This document shows positions 20,358-28,885 of a stretch of DNA of 41,780 bases, piece by piece. The notes beneath the pieces are model-generated. The model saw nothing but the letters and a program-made list of their open reading frames with translations, was not told where the DNA came from and searched no databases. Each line of letters begins with the position of its first letter. The stretch's first letter is position 1. The stretch covers positions 1 to 41,780 of the forward strand of contig CAZNBI010000001.1 of NCBI GenBank assembly GCA_964571065.1, given 5' to 3'. The position numbers and the translations under genes were made by a program. Source of the DNA: an uncultured Rhodobacterales bacterium. Lineage in GTDB: Bacteria; Pseudomonadota; Alphaproteobacteria; Puniceispirillales; GCA-002684695.

Positions 20358-21491
20358 ATGAGTTCAGATATTAAAATAAACCGTGGATTAAAAGGTATAT
20401 ATTTTGAACGATCTGGCATTTCTGATATTGATGGTGCGAATGGTAGATTAACCTATAGAGGATATCAAATCAGTGATTTGGCAAAAAATTCAACTTTTGA
20501 AGAAGTTTGTTATCTTTTAATTTATGGAAATTTACCCAATCACAAAGAATTAAATAGTTTCCAAAAAAAATTAATATTATATAGAACCCTTCCAAAGGAA
20601 ATCTATAAAATTATTGAATTAATAAAGAATGGGCATCCTATGGATGTTTTAAGAAGTTGTATTTCAGCATTGCCGTCCCTCATAAAATTGCAATCCAAAT
20701 ATAATAAAGATTTTTTAATAGAGGATGGAATAAAATTAATTAGCCAAATCCCAGTAATTGTCGCAGCACACGAAAGAATTAGAAATAATCTAGAGGCTAT
20801 AACACCAGATCAAAGTTTAAATCATTCAGCAAATTGGCTTTATATGCTTAATGGCGAAAAACCTTCGAAAGAAAATGAAAAATTAACTGATTTAGATTTC
20901 ATGCTTCATGCTGAACATGGCTCAAACGCGTCATCATTTGCAGCAAGAGTTACAATAGGAACAAAGGCAGGATTATACGACGCGTTTGTTACAGCAATCT
21001 CAACACTATCTGGACCAGCACATGGCGGAGCAGCAGAAGATGTTATGAAAATGATTGAGGAAATTGGTGAACCTGAAAATGTTAGAAATTATATAAAATC
21101 AAAAAGGTTAAACAAAGAACCTGTAACTGGTTTTGGTCACAGAGTTTATAGAAAAGAGGATCCTAGAGCAGTTTTTTTAAAAGAAGGGCTCAAAAAATTG
21201 TCCATTGAGAAGAATGAACCAAAATGGTTCAAAATTTTAGAAAATGTTGTATTGGAAATGAAGCCTTATGCTAGACACGGTTTAAATGTGAATGTAGATT
21301 TCTATTCAGGAGCGATCTACAATCTACAAAAAATACCTAAAGATTTATATGTTCCTATTTTTTCAATTGGTAGAGCACCAGGGTGGGTTGCCCAATGTAT
21401 TGAACAATTTGAAACAAATATATTGATACGACCACTAACTGAATATAATGGACCCAAAAATAGGCAGTTTAAAGATATTTCAGAGCGTTAA
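20358..21491 (+). CDS. Citrate synthase family protein, small (type I/PrpC-like) form
   Basis: 377 aa. Catalytic signatures are intact: [24 protein letters not shown] and NVDFYSG. It is too short for the ~430-aa proteobacterial type II GltA. Citrate versus 2-methylcitrate specificity cannot be decided from sequence. Confidence 0.8.
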   Translation: MSSDIKINRGLKGIYFERSGISDIDGANGRLTYRGYQISDLAKNSTFEEVCYLLIYGNLPNHKELNSFQKKLILYRTLPKEIYKIIELIKNGHPMDVLRSCISALPSLIKLQSKYNKDFLIEDGIKLISQIPVIVAAHERIRNNLEAITPDQSLNHSANWLYMLNGEKPSKENEKLTDLDFMLHAEHGSNASSFAARVTIGTKAGLYDAFVTAISTLSGPAHGGAAEDVMKMIEEIGEPENVRNYIKSKRLNKEPVTGFGHRVYRKEDPRAVFLKEGLKKLSIEKNEPKWFKILENVVLEMKPYARHGLNVNVDFYSGAIYNLQKIPKDLYVPIFSIGRAPGWVAQCIEQFETNILIRPLTEYNGPKNRQFKDISER

Positions 21492-22939
21492 TTCGTCCAA
21501 GGCAATGAAAAAGTTTTAACATTAGTAAAGCATTTCATTGCTTCCTGAACACCTTCTTTAATACCATTTCCAGAATCTTTAATACCCCCAAAAGGAGACA
21601 TTTCAATTCTGTATCCAGGAACCTCCCAGATATTTACTGTACCAACATCTAAACCAGAAATATATTTTTGAATTCTAAAAAAATTATTTGAACAAACACC
21701 TGCAGATAAACCGTAATTAGTAGAGTTGGAAATTTTTATAGTTTCATCATCATTATCAGGCACTCTAACAATTGGAATAATGGGCCCAAAAGTTTCTTCT
21801 ACAACGAGTTCAGATTTATAGTTAACATTATCAACAACTATGGGTGGAAGTAGAGCACCCTTCCTCTCAGGATGATATAAGATATTAGCTCCGTCTTCGG
21901 CAGATTTTATAACACGATTTTCAAATATCTCTGCAGCATTACTACTAATGACTGTTCCTAAATCAGTTTTATTATTCATGGGATCGCCAAATTTTATTTG
22001 TTTTGCCTTTTCAAGAATAATAGGCACTAATTTGTCAGCAACCTTATTTTGCACCAAAATTCTTTTAACGGCAGTGCATCTTTGTCCAGAATTCTTTGTA
22101 GCTCCACTTACAGCTAACTCAGCTGCTTTATCAAGATCATCTTCAGTTAAGTCATTTAAAACTATCAAGGGATCATTCCCACCAAGTTCTAAAACTTGGC
22201 GCTTATAGCCGGCTTTATTTGCAATAATTTTTCCAACAGGAATCCCACCTGTAAAAGTAATTAGTTCTATATTTGGATTTGTAATAATTTCATTACCTAT
22301 TTCTTCTGGAAGCCCAGTTACTACAGAAAGCATTTCTGGTGGAAGTCCAGCCTCGTAAATTATATCCGCAAGATAAATTGCAGTTAAGGGTGTCAGCTCT
22401 GTTGGTTTAGCTACTATACAATTATTTGTTGCGATTGCAGGTGCTATTTTGTGAGAAATCATATTCAAAGGATGATTAAATGGTGTAATAGCTGAAATAG
22501 ATCGAAGCGGTTCTCTAATTGTAAAAATTTTTCTTGCTTTTCCATGCGGTGTTAAATCACAACTAAATATCTCTCCGTCATCTTGTATGCATAGTTGACC
22601 TGCAAGAGTATAAACATCATAGGCACGTCCTATTTCATACAAAGAGTCATTAATCGAAATACCAAGTTCAGAAGTAATGATTGGAGCTAACTCATCTTTT
22701 CGTTTTTTGATGATTTCTGCAATTTTAAAGAGAATTTGCTGGCGTTCATATCTTGATAGTTTTGATTTATAATTAGCTGCAATTGAAAAAGCTTTTTGAA
22801 CGTTTTCTACTGTTGCAGCTGGAACACTTCCAACAATTTCTTCTGTAAAAGGATACAAGACACTAATTTCGTTTTCAGAGAAAACTGTCTTCCCTGCTAT
22901 TCGCATTCCTTCATTTTTAATAGTAAATTGTTTTTTCAT
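21488..22939 (-). CDS. phnY: Phosphonoacetaldehyde dehydrogenase (aldehyde dehydrogenase family)
   Basis: 483 aa. ALDH motifs ELGGNDP and catalytic Cys (GQRCTAVKR) are present. [10 protein letters not shown] and YEIGRAYDV match my recollection of the PhnY-type subfamily. It is the last gene of a phnW-phnA-phnY operon. Confidence 0.75.
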   Translation of the reverse strand: MKKQFTIKNEGMRIAGKTVFSENEISVLYPFTEEIVGSVPAATVENVQKAFSIAANYKSKLSRYERQQILFKIAEIIKKRKDELAPIITSELGISINDSLYEIGRAYDVYTLAGQLCIQDDGEIFSCDLTPHGKARKIFTIREPLRSISAITPFNHPLNMISHKIAPAIATNNCIVAKPTELTPLTAIYLADIIYEAGLPPEMLSVVTGLPEEIGNEIITNPNIELITFTGGIPVGKIIANKAGYKRQVLELGGNDPLIVLNDLTEDDLDKAAELAVSGATKNSGQRCTAVKRILVQNKVADKLVPIILEKAKQIKFGDPMNNKTDLGTVISSNAAEIFENRVIKSAEDGANILYHPERKGALLPPIVVDNVNYKSELVVEETFGPIIPIVRVPDNDDETIKISNSTNYGLSAGVCSNNFFRIQKYISGLDVGTVNIWEVPGYRIEMSPFGGIKDSGNGIKEGVQEAMKCFTNVKTFSLPWTN

Positions 22940-22954
22940 AAAATTTTCACTTCT

Positions 22955-24196
22955 CTAATTAAAGGACGCTTCACATGCATAAAAGAATGCATCATAATTT
23001 TTCAAATCCTTAACCGAACTTAAATTAATTGGTTTATTAACTATAAACGGTACTTTTTGCTCGCTAAGACCCCCATGCGATCTCAAGGGTTCTTTAAGTG
23101 ATTTAAGATCATGATAACTTTTGGTTTTACCTAATGTTATTTTCTCACTTGATGTGATAACAATATCACCTATTCTATCTGACGGTAGGTCAAACCTCTT
23201 TACTGCCTCATCTTTAGAACATATCTGATCAATTCCTTTTAAAGACTTTAATTTTGAAAAAGCTTCGTTATATATTCTTTTCTCATTAAAATAAATAGTA
23301 GCATAGGAACCTAATGCACCATGATGTACAACGTATGGATCTGTTATCGGAAGAATTACATTTGTGCTATTAGTGCCAAATTCTTCATCTAAAAAGTCTT
23401 GAATAAAAACAATTTGTGGATCTCCATTTTTATTGTGCTTTGCGCTCATACCATGATCTGCAGTAATAACCATAGTTACATCAAATTTACTTATTTCTGA
23501 TAAATAATTATCAATCATAGTTAAAAATTTTATAGCCTCTTTATCTTCTGGAGCATATTTGTGTTGTATATAATCAGTAGTTGAAAGATACATTACATCA
23601 GGAAACCATTCTTCTAATAATTTAAGGCCACTAGCAAATACAAATTCAGAGAGTTCTGAGGAATAGACATCTGGAATTGACATATTTAACCATCTTTCTA
23701 CATTATCGATACCATTAGTTTCAAGTGTGGCACTATTAGCTTTTTCTGATGAAAAACACTTTGTATTTAATTCATTAATTGTAAGACCCGCCCCAAGTAA
23801 AGCTCTTAATTTGTCTTTTGCTGTGATAATTCCAATTTTTTTATTTATTTCTTGAAAACTTTTAAATATTGTCGGCGCTCTCAAAAACTTTACGTCATTC
23901 ATCATAACCTCTTGCCCACTGTCTGGATCTAGAAGATAATTGCCGCAAATACCGTGTACAGAAGGAGGGCAACCAGTTACAATTGACATGTTATTAGGAT
24001 TTGTAAATGAAGGAATAACGGAATCAGCAATATTATAAGAACCAATTTCCATAAAATTTTCAATTGTAGGTATGCAATTTTTTTGAAGAGCAATATCTAA
24101 ATATTCAGGATCACAACCATCAATACATATTACAACTATAGGTTTTAGCGGAACCTTATACTGTCTTTTATTTATATTTATATATGTATTTTTCAT
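22955..24196 (-). CDS. phnA: Phosphonoacetate hydrolase (alkaline phosphatase superfamily)
   Basis: 413 aa. Metal-site motifs VVICIDGCDPEYL and TADHGMS are present, with NPP-type architecture. It lies between phnW and phnY. This is not the unrelated small E. coli PhnA. Confidence 0.8.
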   Translation of the reverse strand: MKNTYININKRQYKVPLKPIVVICIDGCDPEYLDIALQKNCIPTIENFMEIGSYNIADSVIPSFTNPNNMSIVTGCPPSVHGICGNYLLDPDSGQEVMMNDVKFLRAPTIFKSFQEINKKIGIITAKDKLRALLGAGLTINELNTKCFSSEKANSATLETNGIDNVERWLNMSIPDVYSSELSEFVFASGLKLLEEWFPDVMYLSTTDYIQHKYAPEDKEAIKFLTMIDNYLSEISKFDVTMVITADHGMSAKHNKNGDPQIVFIQDFLDEEFGTNSTNVILPITDPYVVHHGALGSYATIYFNEKRIYNEAFSKLKSLKGIDQICSKDEAVKRFDLPSDRIGDIVITSSEKITLGKTKSYHDLKSLKEPLRSHGGLSEQKVPFIVNKPINLSSVKDLKNYDAFFYACEASFN

Positions 24197-24218
24197 AGAT
24201 TTATTAAAATAATTATTT

Positions 24219-25406
24219 TTAAAAACTATTTAATTTTTCCCTTTCAGCAATTATTGCATTTTTAGGAATAGCTGATTTTACATTCATCTCTGAAAGTGAA
24301 ACTTTAACAGCTTTTAAAACCTTTCTCATTATGTTGTTATCAATTTGGCCAATACAACCTATCCTAAAAGTATCAGCAACAGTAAGTTTACCAGGATATA
24401 TTATAAAATTTTGATTTTTCATTAAATTATAAAAGATTTCAAAATTAAAATTTTCATCAGCTGGATATAAAAAAGATACAATTATAGGAGAAATCCATTT
24501 GTCAGATAACAATGTTTCAAAGCCTAAATCTCTCATTCCTTCAACAAGAATATTTTTATTTGCCTCGTAGCGATTTAATCTTCCTATAACACCGCCTTCA
24601 GATGCGTGTTGATTCAAAGCAGATAAAAAACCTAAAATAGTATGTGTTGGCGGAGTAAATCTCCACTGGCCTTTTTCCTCCATATATTTCCATTGGTCAT
24701 ATAGATCAAGAGATAAAGAATGACTATTATTTTTTGATTTTTCTAAAACTGATTTTTTAGTTAAAACAAAACCAAAACCAGGAACACCTTCAATACATTT
24801 ATTTGCAGAAGAAACAAGAGCATCAAATTCAATTTCAGCACAATCTATTGGAATTGCTCCAAAAGCTGACATACTGTCAATAAGTAATGACCTATTAAAA
24901 GATTTTACTATTTTTGATATTGTTTTTATTGGATTCAAAATACCTGAACTAGTTTCACAATGAATTACAATAACGTGGCTAATATATGGGTCTTGCCCTA
25001 ATTTTTTTTCAAGTAGCTCAGGGTCAGGTGGTAAAAAATCCCCCATATCAATAATATCATTCTCTCTTCCTAAATAATTCAAAATTGTTGAGCATCTTTT
25101 TCCATAAGAACCATTACTTAAAACCAAAGCTTTATTTTTTTTTGGCACAAAAGTACCTAACATTGCCTCTACAGAAAAAGTTCCACTTCCTTGCATTGGT
25201 ATTGAAATATATGAGTCTGAATTTTTGATCTTATTTATATTTGAAGTTTGCATTAATATATTGACTAATTTTTCTCTTATTTCGGAAGTAATTTTCTTAA
25301 AATCACTATCCCAAGATCCAATATCCTTTAACATTGCTTCTTTTGTAAGTTTTGAGGTAGTTAATGGACCAGGTGTAAGAAGATATTTATCTAAGTTTTT
25401 AGTCAT
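24219..25406 (-). CDS. phnW: 2-aminoethylphosphonate--pyruvate transaminase
   Basis: 395 aa. Has the N-terminal LLTPGPLTTS and the PLP-lysine context SSANKCIEGVPGFGF, both hallmark PhnW strings. Confidence 0.9.
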   Translation of the reverse strand: MTKNLDKYLLTPGPLTTSKLTKEAMLKDIGSWDSDFKKITSEIREKLVNILMQTSNINKIKNSDSYISIPMQGSGTFSVEAMLGTFVPKKNKALVLSNGSYGKRCSTILNYLGRENDIIDMGDFLPPDPELLEKKLGQDPYISHVIVIHCETSSGILNPIKTISKIVKSFNRSLLIDSMSAFGAIPIDCAEIEFDALVSSANKCIEGVPGFGFVLTKKSVLEKSKNNSHSLSLDLYDQWKYMEEKGQWRFTPPTHTILGFLSALNQHASEGGVIGRLNRYEANKNILVEGMRDLGFETLLSDKWISPIIVSFLYPADENFNFEIFYNLMKNQNFIIYPGKLTVADTFRIGCIGQIDNNIMRKVLKAVKVSLSEMNVKSAIPKNAIIAEREKLNSF

Positions 25407-25589
25407 AAAATTTCAGTTAAAAACAATATTTGCATTAAAAATTTTCAAAAGATAACATAAATTTATTACAAAATTTAGATTTTTTCTATTACCATATCAA
25501 AAATCATAATTTAAAATTTTGTAAGTTTTTTATTGTAATTTAATGCAGTTATGTTCACACTTAAATAAATTATGAATGGGAGGAAACTA
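25407..25589. promoter_or_regulatory. Divergent control region between phnW and the ABC importer (largest intergenic spacer in the window)
   Basis: A 183-nt AT-rich spacer between divergently transcribed operons, so both promoters must lie here. GGAGG sits 5 nt before the ATG at 25590. I could not confidently assign a -35/-10 pair or an operator. Confidence 0.35.
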
Positions 25590-26759
25590 ATGAGTAAAAT
25601 TAAAAACTCTTCACACCAAACACTTAAGGCTGTGAAGACCTTTAACCGAAGAACACTCCTTAAAAGAGGCGCAGCACTTACAGCTTTTGCAAGTGTAGCA
25701 CCTTTATACGTTAAAAATGCTTTCGCTGCTACCAGTGGGCAGGTTAACGTTTTAATGTGGGGTGAATATTTACCTGATTCTGTTATTGCTGATTTTAAAG
25801 CAAAAACAGGTATCACCGTCAACCATACAAAAATTGGTGATAATGGTGAAATTATAGCAAAAATGAAAGCTGGCGGCGGAGCTGGATACGATCTTGCTAG
25901 TCCAACAAACATGAGAGCACTTCAATGGGAAAATCTAGGTGTTTTAGCGCCATTTGATATGAACAAAATCTCAAATCTAGGAAATGTTAATCCTGGAATG
26001 GTTGCTGTTGGAGAAAGAGACTGGAACTTTGGAGGAAAAGGTTCTCATTGGGTACCACAACTTTGGGGTACTGAATCTATTTCTTGGAGAACTGATAAGT
26101 GGACACCTGATGGTCTTCCAAGCTTTGGGGACATTTGGGAACCAAATCCTGGTATTGACGGAGCTTTCATGATGGGAAGAACATATTCCATGATGACTGG
26201 ATGTGGTATTTGGATGCATCACCAAGGAAAAATGGATTTTTGGTCATCTTACAAAGACGAAGATACAATGAGGAAGAATTGGCAAACAATAACTGATTAT
26301 TGTATCTCTAAGAAAGCAAATCTTGTTAAGTTTTGGTCAGGTGCAGACCCACAAAAACAAGGTTTCACTTCAGATGGTGTGGTTGTTGGACAAACTTGGG
26401 ATGGCCCAATTGTATCAATGATGAAAGCTGGGGAACCAGTTGCATATCAAACAACAGATGAAGGAGCACTGGCATGGGTTGATGGTATTACATTATCAGC
26501 TAAAGCTGAAAATATTGATGAGGCTTATGAATTAATCAACTATAGTTTCACTCCTGAAGTTGGAGGGATGACTATTAATGAAATTGGTTATAATTCTGCT
26601 GTTATTGGTGCTTCGGATTTTTATTCAGATGCAACCAAGGCAATTTCACAAGCTGTTTACCCAGGCGATACAGCATCTAAGTTAAACCCATGGCCACCAG
26701 AACCACCATGGTATGCAGACGCTAGAGCTGAATATGCTAATAAGTTTGAAACAGCATAG
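25590..26759 (+). CDS. ABC transporter periplasmic substrate-binding protein, PotD/PotF/PhnS family (probable 2-aminoethylphosphonate or similar small amine)
   Basis: The ORF-track start is 25572. The ATG at 25590 has GGAGG at optimal spacing. The N-terminus has a twin-arginine-like signal (FNRRTLLKRGAALTAFASVAPLYVKNAFA|A). The mature part is a Trp/Gly-rich SBP_bac_1/PotD-like fold. Gene order SBP-ATPase-permease-permease matches phnSTUV. Confidence 0.8.
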   Translation: MSKIKNSSHQTLKAVKTFNRRTLLKRGAALTAFASVAPLYVKNAFAATSGQVNVLMWGEYLPDSVIADFKAKTGITVNHTKIGDNGEIIAKMKAGGGAGYDLASPTNMRALQWENLGVLAPFDMNKISNLGNVNPGMVAVGERDWNFGGKGSHWVPQLWGTESISWRTDKWTPDGLPSFGDIWEPNPGIDGAFMMGRTYSMMTGCGIWMHHQGKMDFWSSYKDEDTMRKNWQTITDYCISKKANLVKFWSGADPQKQGFTSDGVVVGQTWDGPIVSMMKAGEPVAYQTTDEGALAWVDGITLSAKAENIDEAYELINYSFTPEVGGMTINEIGYNSAVIGASDFYSDATKAISQAVYPGDTASKLNPWPPEPPWYADARAEYANKFETA

Positions 26760-26779
26760 ATAGTTTGAAAATTTTAATT

Positions 26780-26808
26780 AAAAGCGCTCATTTTGGGCGC
26801 TTTTTTTT
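26780..26808 (+). terminator. Rho-independent terminator/attenuator between the SBP and ATPase genes
   Basis: AAAAGCGC (26780-26787), a 9-nt loop TCATTTTGG, then GCGCTTTT followed by more T (T8 run at 26801-26808). It starts 21 nt after the SBP stop codon. Confidence 0.7.
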
Positions 26809-26854
26809 ATAGTTTTTGAAATTATATTTGGTAAAGTAATTTTGGGGGAAAATT

Positions 26855-27964
26855 ATGAGTGCTGACGTCGAACTTCAAAATATTTCTGTTACTTTTGGAA
26901 ATTTTTATGCCGCAAAAAATGTGAATGTGAAGATTAACGAAGGTGAATTTTTTAGTTTTTTAGGTCCCTCAGGATGTGGAAAAACCACAATACTTCGAGC
27001 CATATCGGGTTTTCTTGATCCTTCAGAAGGAAAAGTTTTAATTGGCGGCAAAGATATGGGAGGTATAGGCCCTAATAAAAGACCAACCTCACTAATTTTT
27101 CAAAACCTTGCTTTATTTCCGTTAATGTCAGTGGCAGAAAATATAGCATTTTCACTTGAAGTAAGAGGTGTTGATAAAATTGAAAGAAGAAAAAGGGCAG
27201 ACGAATTATTAGAACTTATAGCATTATCTGGCCAAGGTGATAAAAAAGTTCATGAGTTATCAGGAGGACAAAAACAAAGAGTAGCAATAGCTAGAGCATT
27301 AGCTATAGAGCCACAAGTTTTACTTTTAGATGAGCCACTATCTGCTTTAGATTTAAAATTACGTCAAAAAATGAGAACTGAGCTAAGGGCTATTCAAAAA
27401 AGTGTTGGGATCACTTTTATTTATATAACTCATGATCAAGGTGAGGCTCTAACAATGTCTGATAGAGTAGCTGTTATGAACGAGGGAGAATTAGAACAAG
27501 TTGGACAAAGTAATGATGTCTATAATTTTCCTCAAACACCATTTGTAGCTACTTTTGTAGGGGAAAATAATGCTTTTCACTGCAAAGTTATTTCAACTGA
27601 AAAAGATTTTGTGAAAGTAGATTTTGATGGCGTACATTTTTTTGCAAAAGCAGGTAGTGATAATAAAAAAAACCATAACTTCAAAAAGGGTCAAGAAGTA
27701 ATTTTATTTATAAGACCAGAATCAATTTTTATTAGAGATAAGTCGAATAAATTTGAAAATAATTTTTCAGCAAAACTAAAAACAATAGAGTTTGAGGGCA
27801 ATTTAAAAAATATATACTTAAATCTTAACTCAAAAATGGATGTCAGATTTAGCGTTCCAAATGCAGTTGATACGAGTAATCTTTCTTTAAATAAAGAAGT
27901 TGATTTAACTTTCTCTTCTAGTAAAGCAGTTGTTCTTCCAAGTGGTCCATTAGCAGTCGATTAA
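26855..27964 (+). CDS. ABC transporter ATP-binding protein (PotA/PhnT type)
   Basis: 369 aa. Has Walker A GPSGCGKTT, the Q-loop, the signature LSGGQKQRVAIARAL, Walker B LLLDEPLSALD and the H-loop ITHDQ. The C-terminal ~120 aa form a TOBE-like regulatory domain. Confidence 0.9.
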   Translation: MSADVELQNISVTFGNFYAAKNVNVKINEGEFFSFLGPSGCGKTTILRAISGFLDPSEGKVLIGGKDMGGIGPNKRPTSLIFQNLALFPLMSVAENIAFSLEVRGVDKIERRKRADELLELIALSGQGDKKVHELSGGQKQRVAIARALAIEPQVLLLDEPLSALDLKLRQKMRTELRAIQKSVGITFIYITHDQGEALTMSDRVAVMNEGELEQVGQSNDVYNFPQTPFVATFVGENNAFHCKVISTEKDFVKVDFDGVHFFAKAGSDNKKNHNFKKGQEVILFIRPESIFIRDKSNKFENNFSAKLKTIEFEGNLKNIYLNLNSKMDVRFSVPNAVDTSNLSLNKEVDLTFSSSKAVVLPSGPLAVD

Positions 27965-27973
27965 AGTAAAAGA

Positions 27974-28885
27974 ATGAAATATTTTTTTGATAAAAACGGC
28001 CCTCTTATTTCAACTTATTTTTTGATTTCAATATTATTTTGGATAGTTTTTTTAATTATAATTCCCCAATTATATATGTTGGATTTGTCCTTCAGGCCGA
28101 ATTTACCGCCATTGCTAAGAGGTGGTCCTGATGATGTGCATACTTTAGTACATTATAAACATTTTATTTTTGGTTCTGAAACGAGCCAGGATAAATTTAA
28201 TTATGTTGATATTGGAGTATTCTTTAATACCATATTTACAGCTATTTTGGTAACAGTAATTAATCTGTGTTTCTGTTATCCTATAGCATTTTATATGGCA
28301 AAAGTAGCCAACCCAAGTACTTCTCGCTTACTAATTATATCCCTTATAATTCCATTTTGGATCAATGAGCTGTTACGCTCATTTGCATTAAGGATTTTAT
28401 TTGCAGGAGAAGGAGTAATAAATAATGTCCTATTAGGTACAGGCCTAATAGATACAGGTATTAACTTTATTGCTCAAGATGTTGCATTATATACAGGTCT
28501 TACCTATGCATATATCCTACTAATGATATTCCCTCTATATAATGCAATTGAAAGTTTAGATTCTAATCAACTTGAAGCTGCAAAAGATTTAGGATCATCT
28601 ACAATTAGGACACATTGGAGAATTGTTATCCCCCACGCAAAAGCTGGAATTGCATCTGGTTGTACGATGGTTTTTATGCTTACGGCAGGGGCATTAGCCA
28701 CTCCAGTAGTCTTAAGTAGTCCTAATACTTACTGGTTTACTCAGCTTATTTATCAATGGTTTAATATGAATGATAATTGGTCTAGAGGCTCAGCATACTC
28801 AATTTTATTACTAACAATTTCGGTAACATTTGTATTGCTAATGATGAGAATATTCAAAGTTAAAATAGGTGAGATAATCAGATGA
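27974..28885 (+). CDS. ABC transporter permease (PotB/PhnU type)
   Basis: 303 aa, multi-span, with the EAA loop (LEAAKDLGSSTIRTHWRIVIPHAK). Its stop overlaps the next start (ATGA at 28882-28885). Confidence 0.85.
   Translation: MKYFFDKNGPLISTYFLISILFWIVFLIIIPQLYMLDLSFRPNLPPLLRGGPDDVHTLVHYKHFIFGSETSQDKFNYVDIGVFFNTIFTAILVTVINLCFCYPIAFYMAKVANPSTSRLLIISLIIPFWINELLRSFALRILFAGEGVINNVLLGTGLIDTGINFIAQDVALYTGLTYAYILLMIFPLYNAIESLDSNQLEAAKDLGSSTIRTHWRIVIPHAKAGIASGCTMVFMLTAGALATPVVLSSPNTYWFTQLIYQWFNMNDNWSRGSAYSILLLTISVTFVLLMMRIFKVKIGEIIR

Noticed and set aside
25519-25538. Direct repeat TTGTAA-N8-TTGTAA upstream of the SBP gene, considered as a Pho box.
   Set aside because: The repeat units are 14 bp apart rather than 11 bp, and the sequence does not resemble CTGTCAT-type PhoB half-sites. 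It may simply contain -35/-10-like hexamers.
25572-25589. Longer N-terminal extensions given by the ORF track for the SBP (25572), rpmI (6226) and folB (15846).
   Set aside because: In each case an internal ATG has a better-placed SD and yields the canonical family N-terminus (MSKIK plus a Tat-like signal; MPKMKT; MGLSENKK). The folB extension would overlap the upstream SDR gene by 50 nt.
25511-26225. Minus-strand ORFs 25511-25912 (133 aa) and 25977-26225, and plus-strand 25984-26172, overlapping the SBP gene.
   Set aside because: They overlap a well-supported SBP gene with a strong SD and signal peptide. The 133-aa product is a hydrophobic or Ala-rich mirror of the signal-peptide region and has no independent start signals.
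27665-27672. A8 homopolymer inside the ABC ATPase gene, considered as a slippage or phase-variation tract.
   Set aside because: The reading frame is intact across it. Similar A/T runs occur throughout this AT-rich sequence, and nothing suggests a contingency locus.
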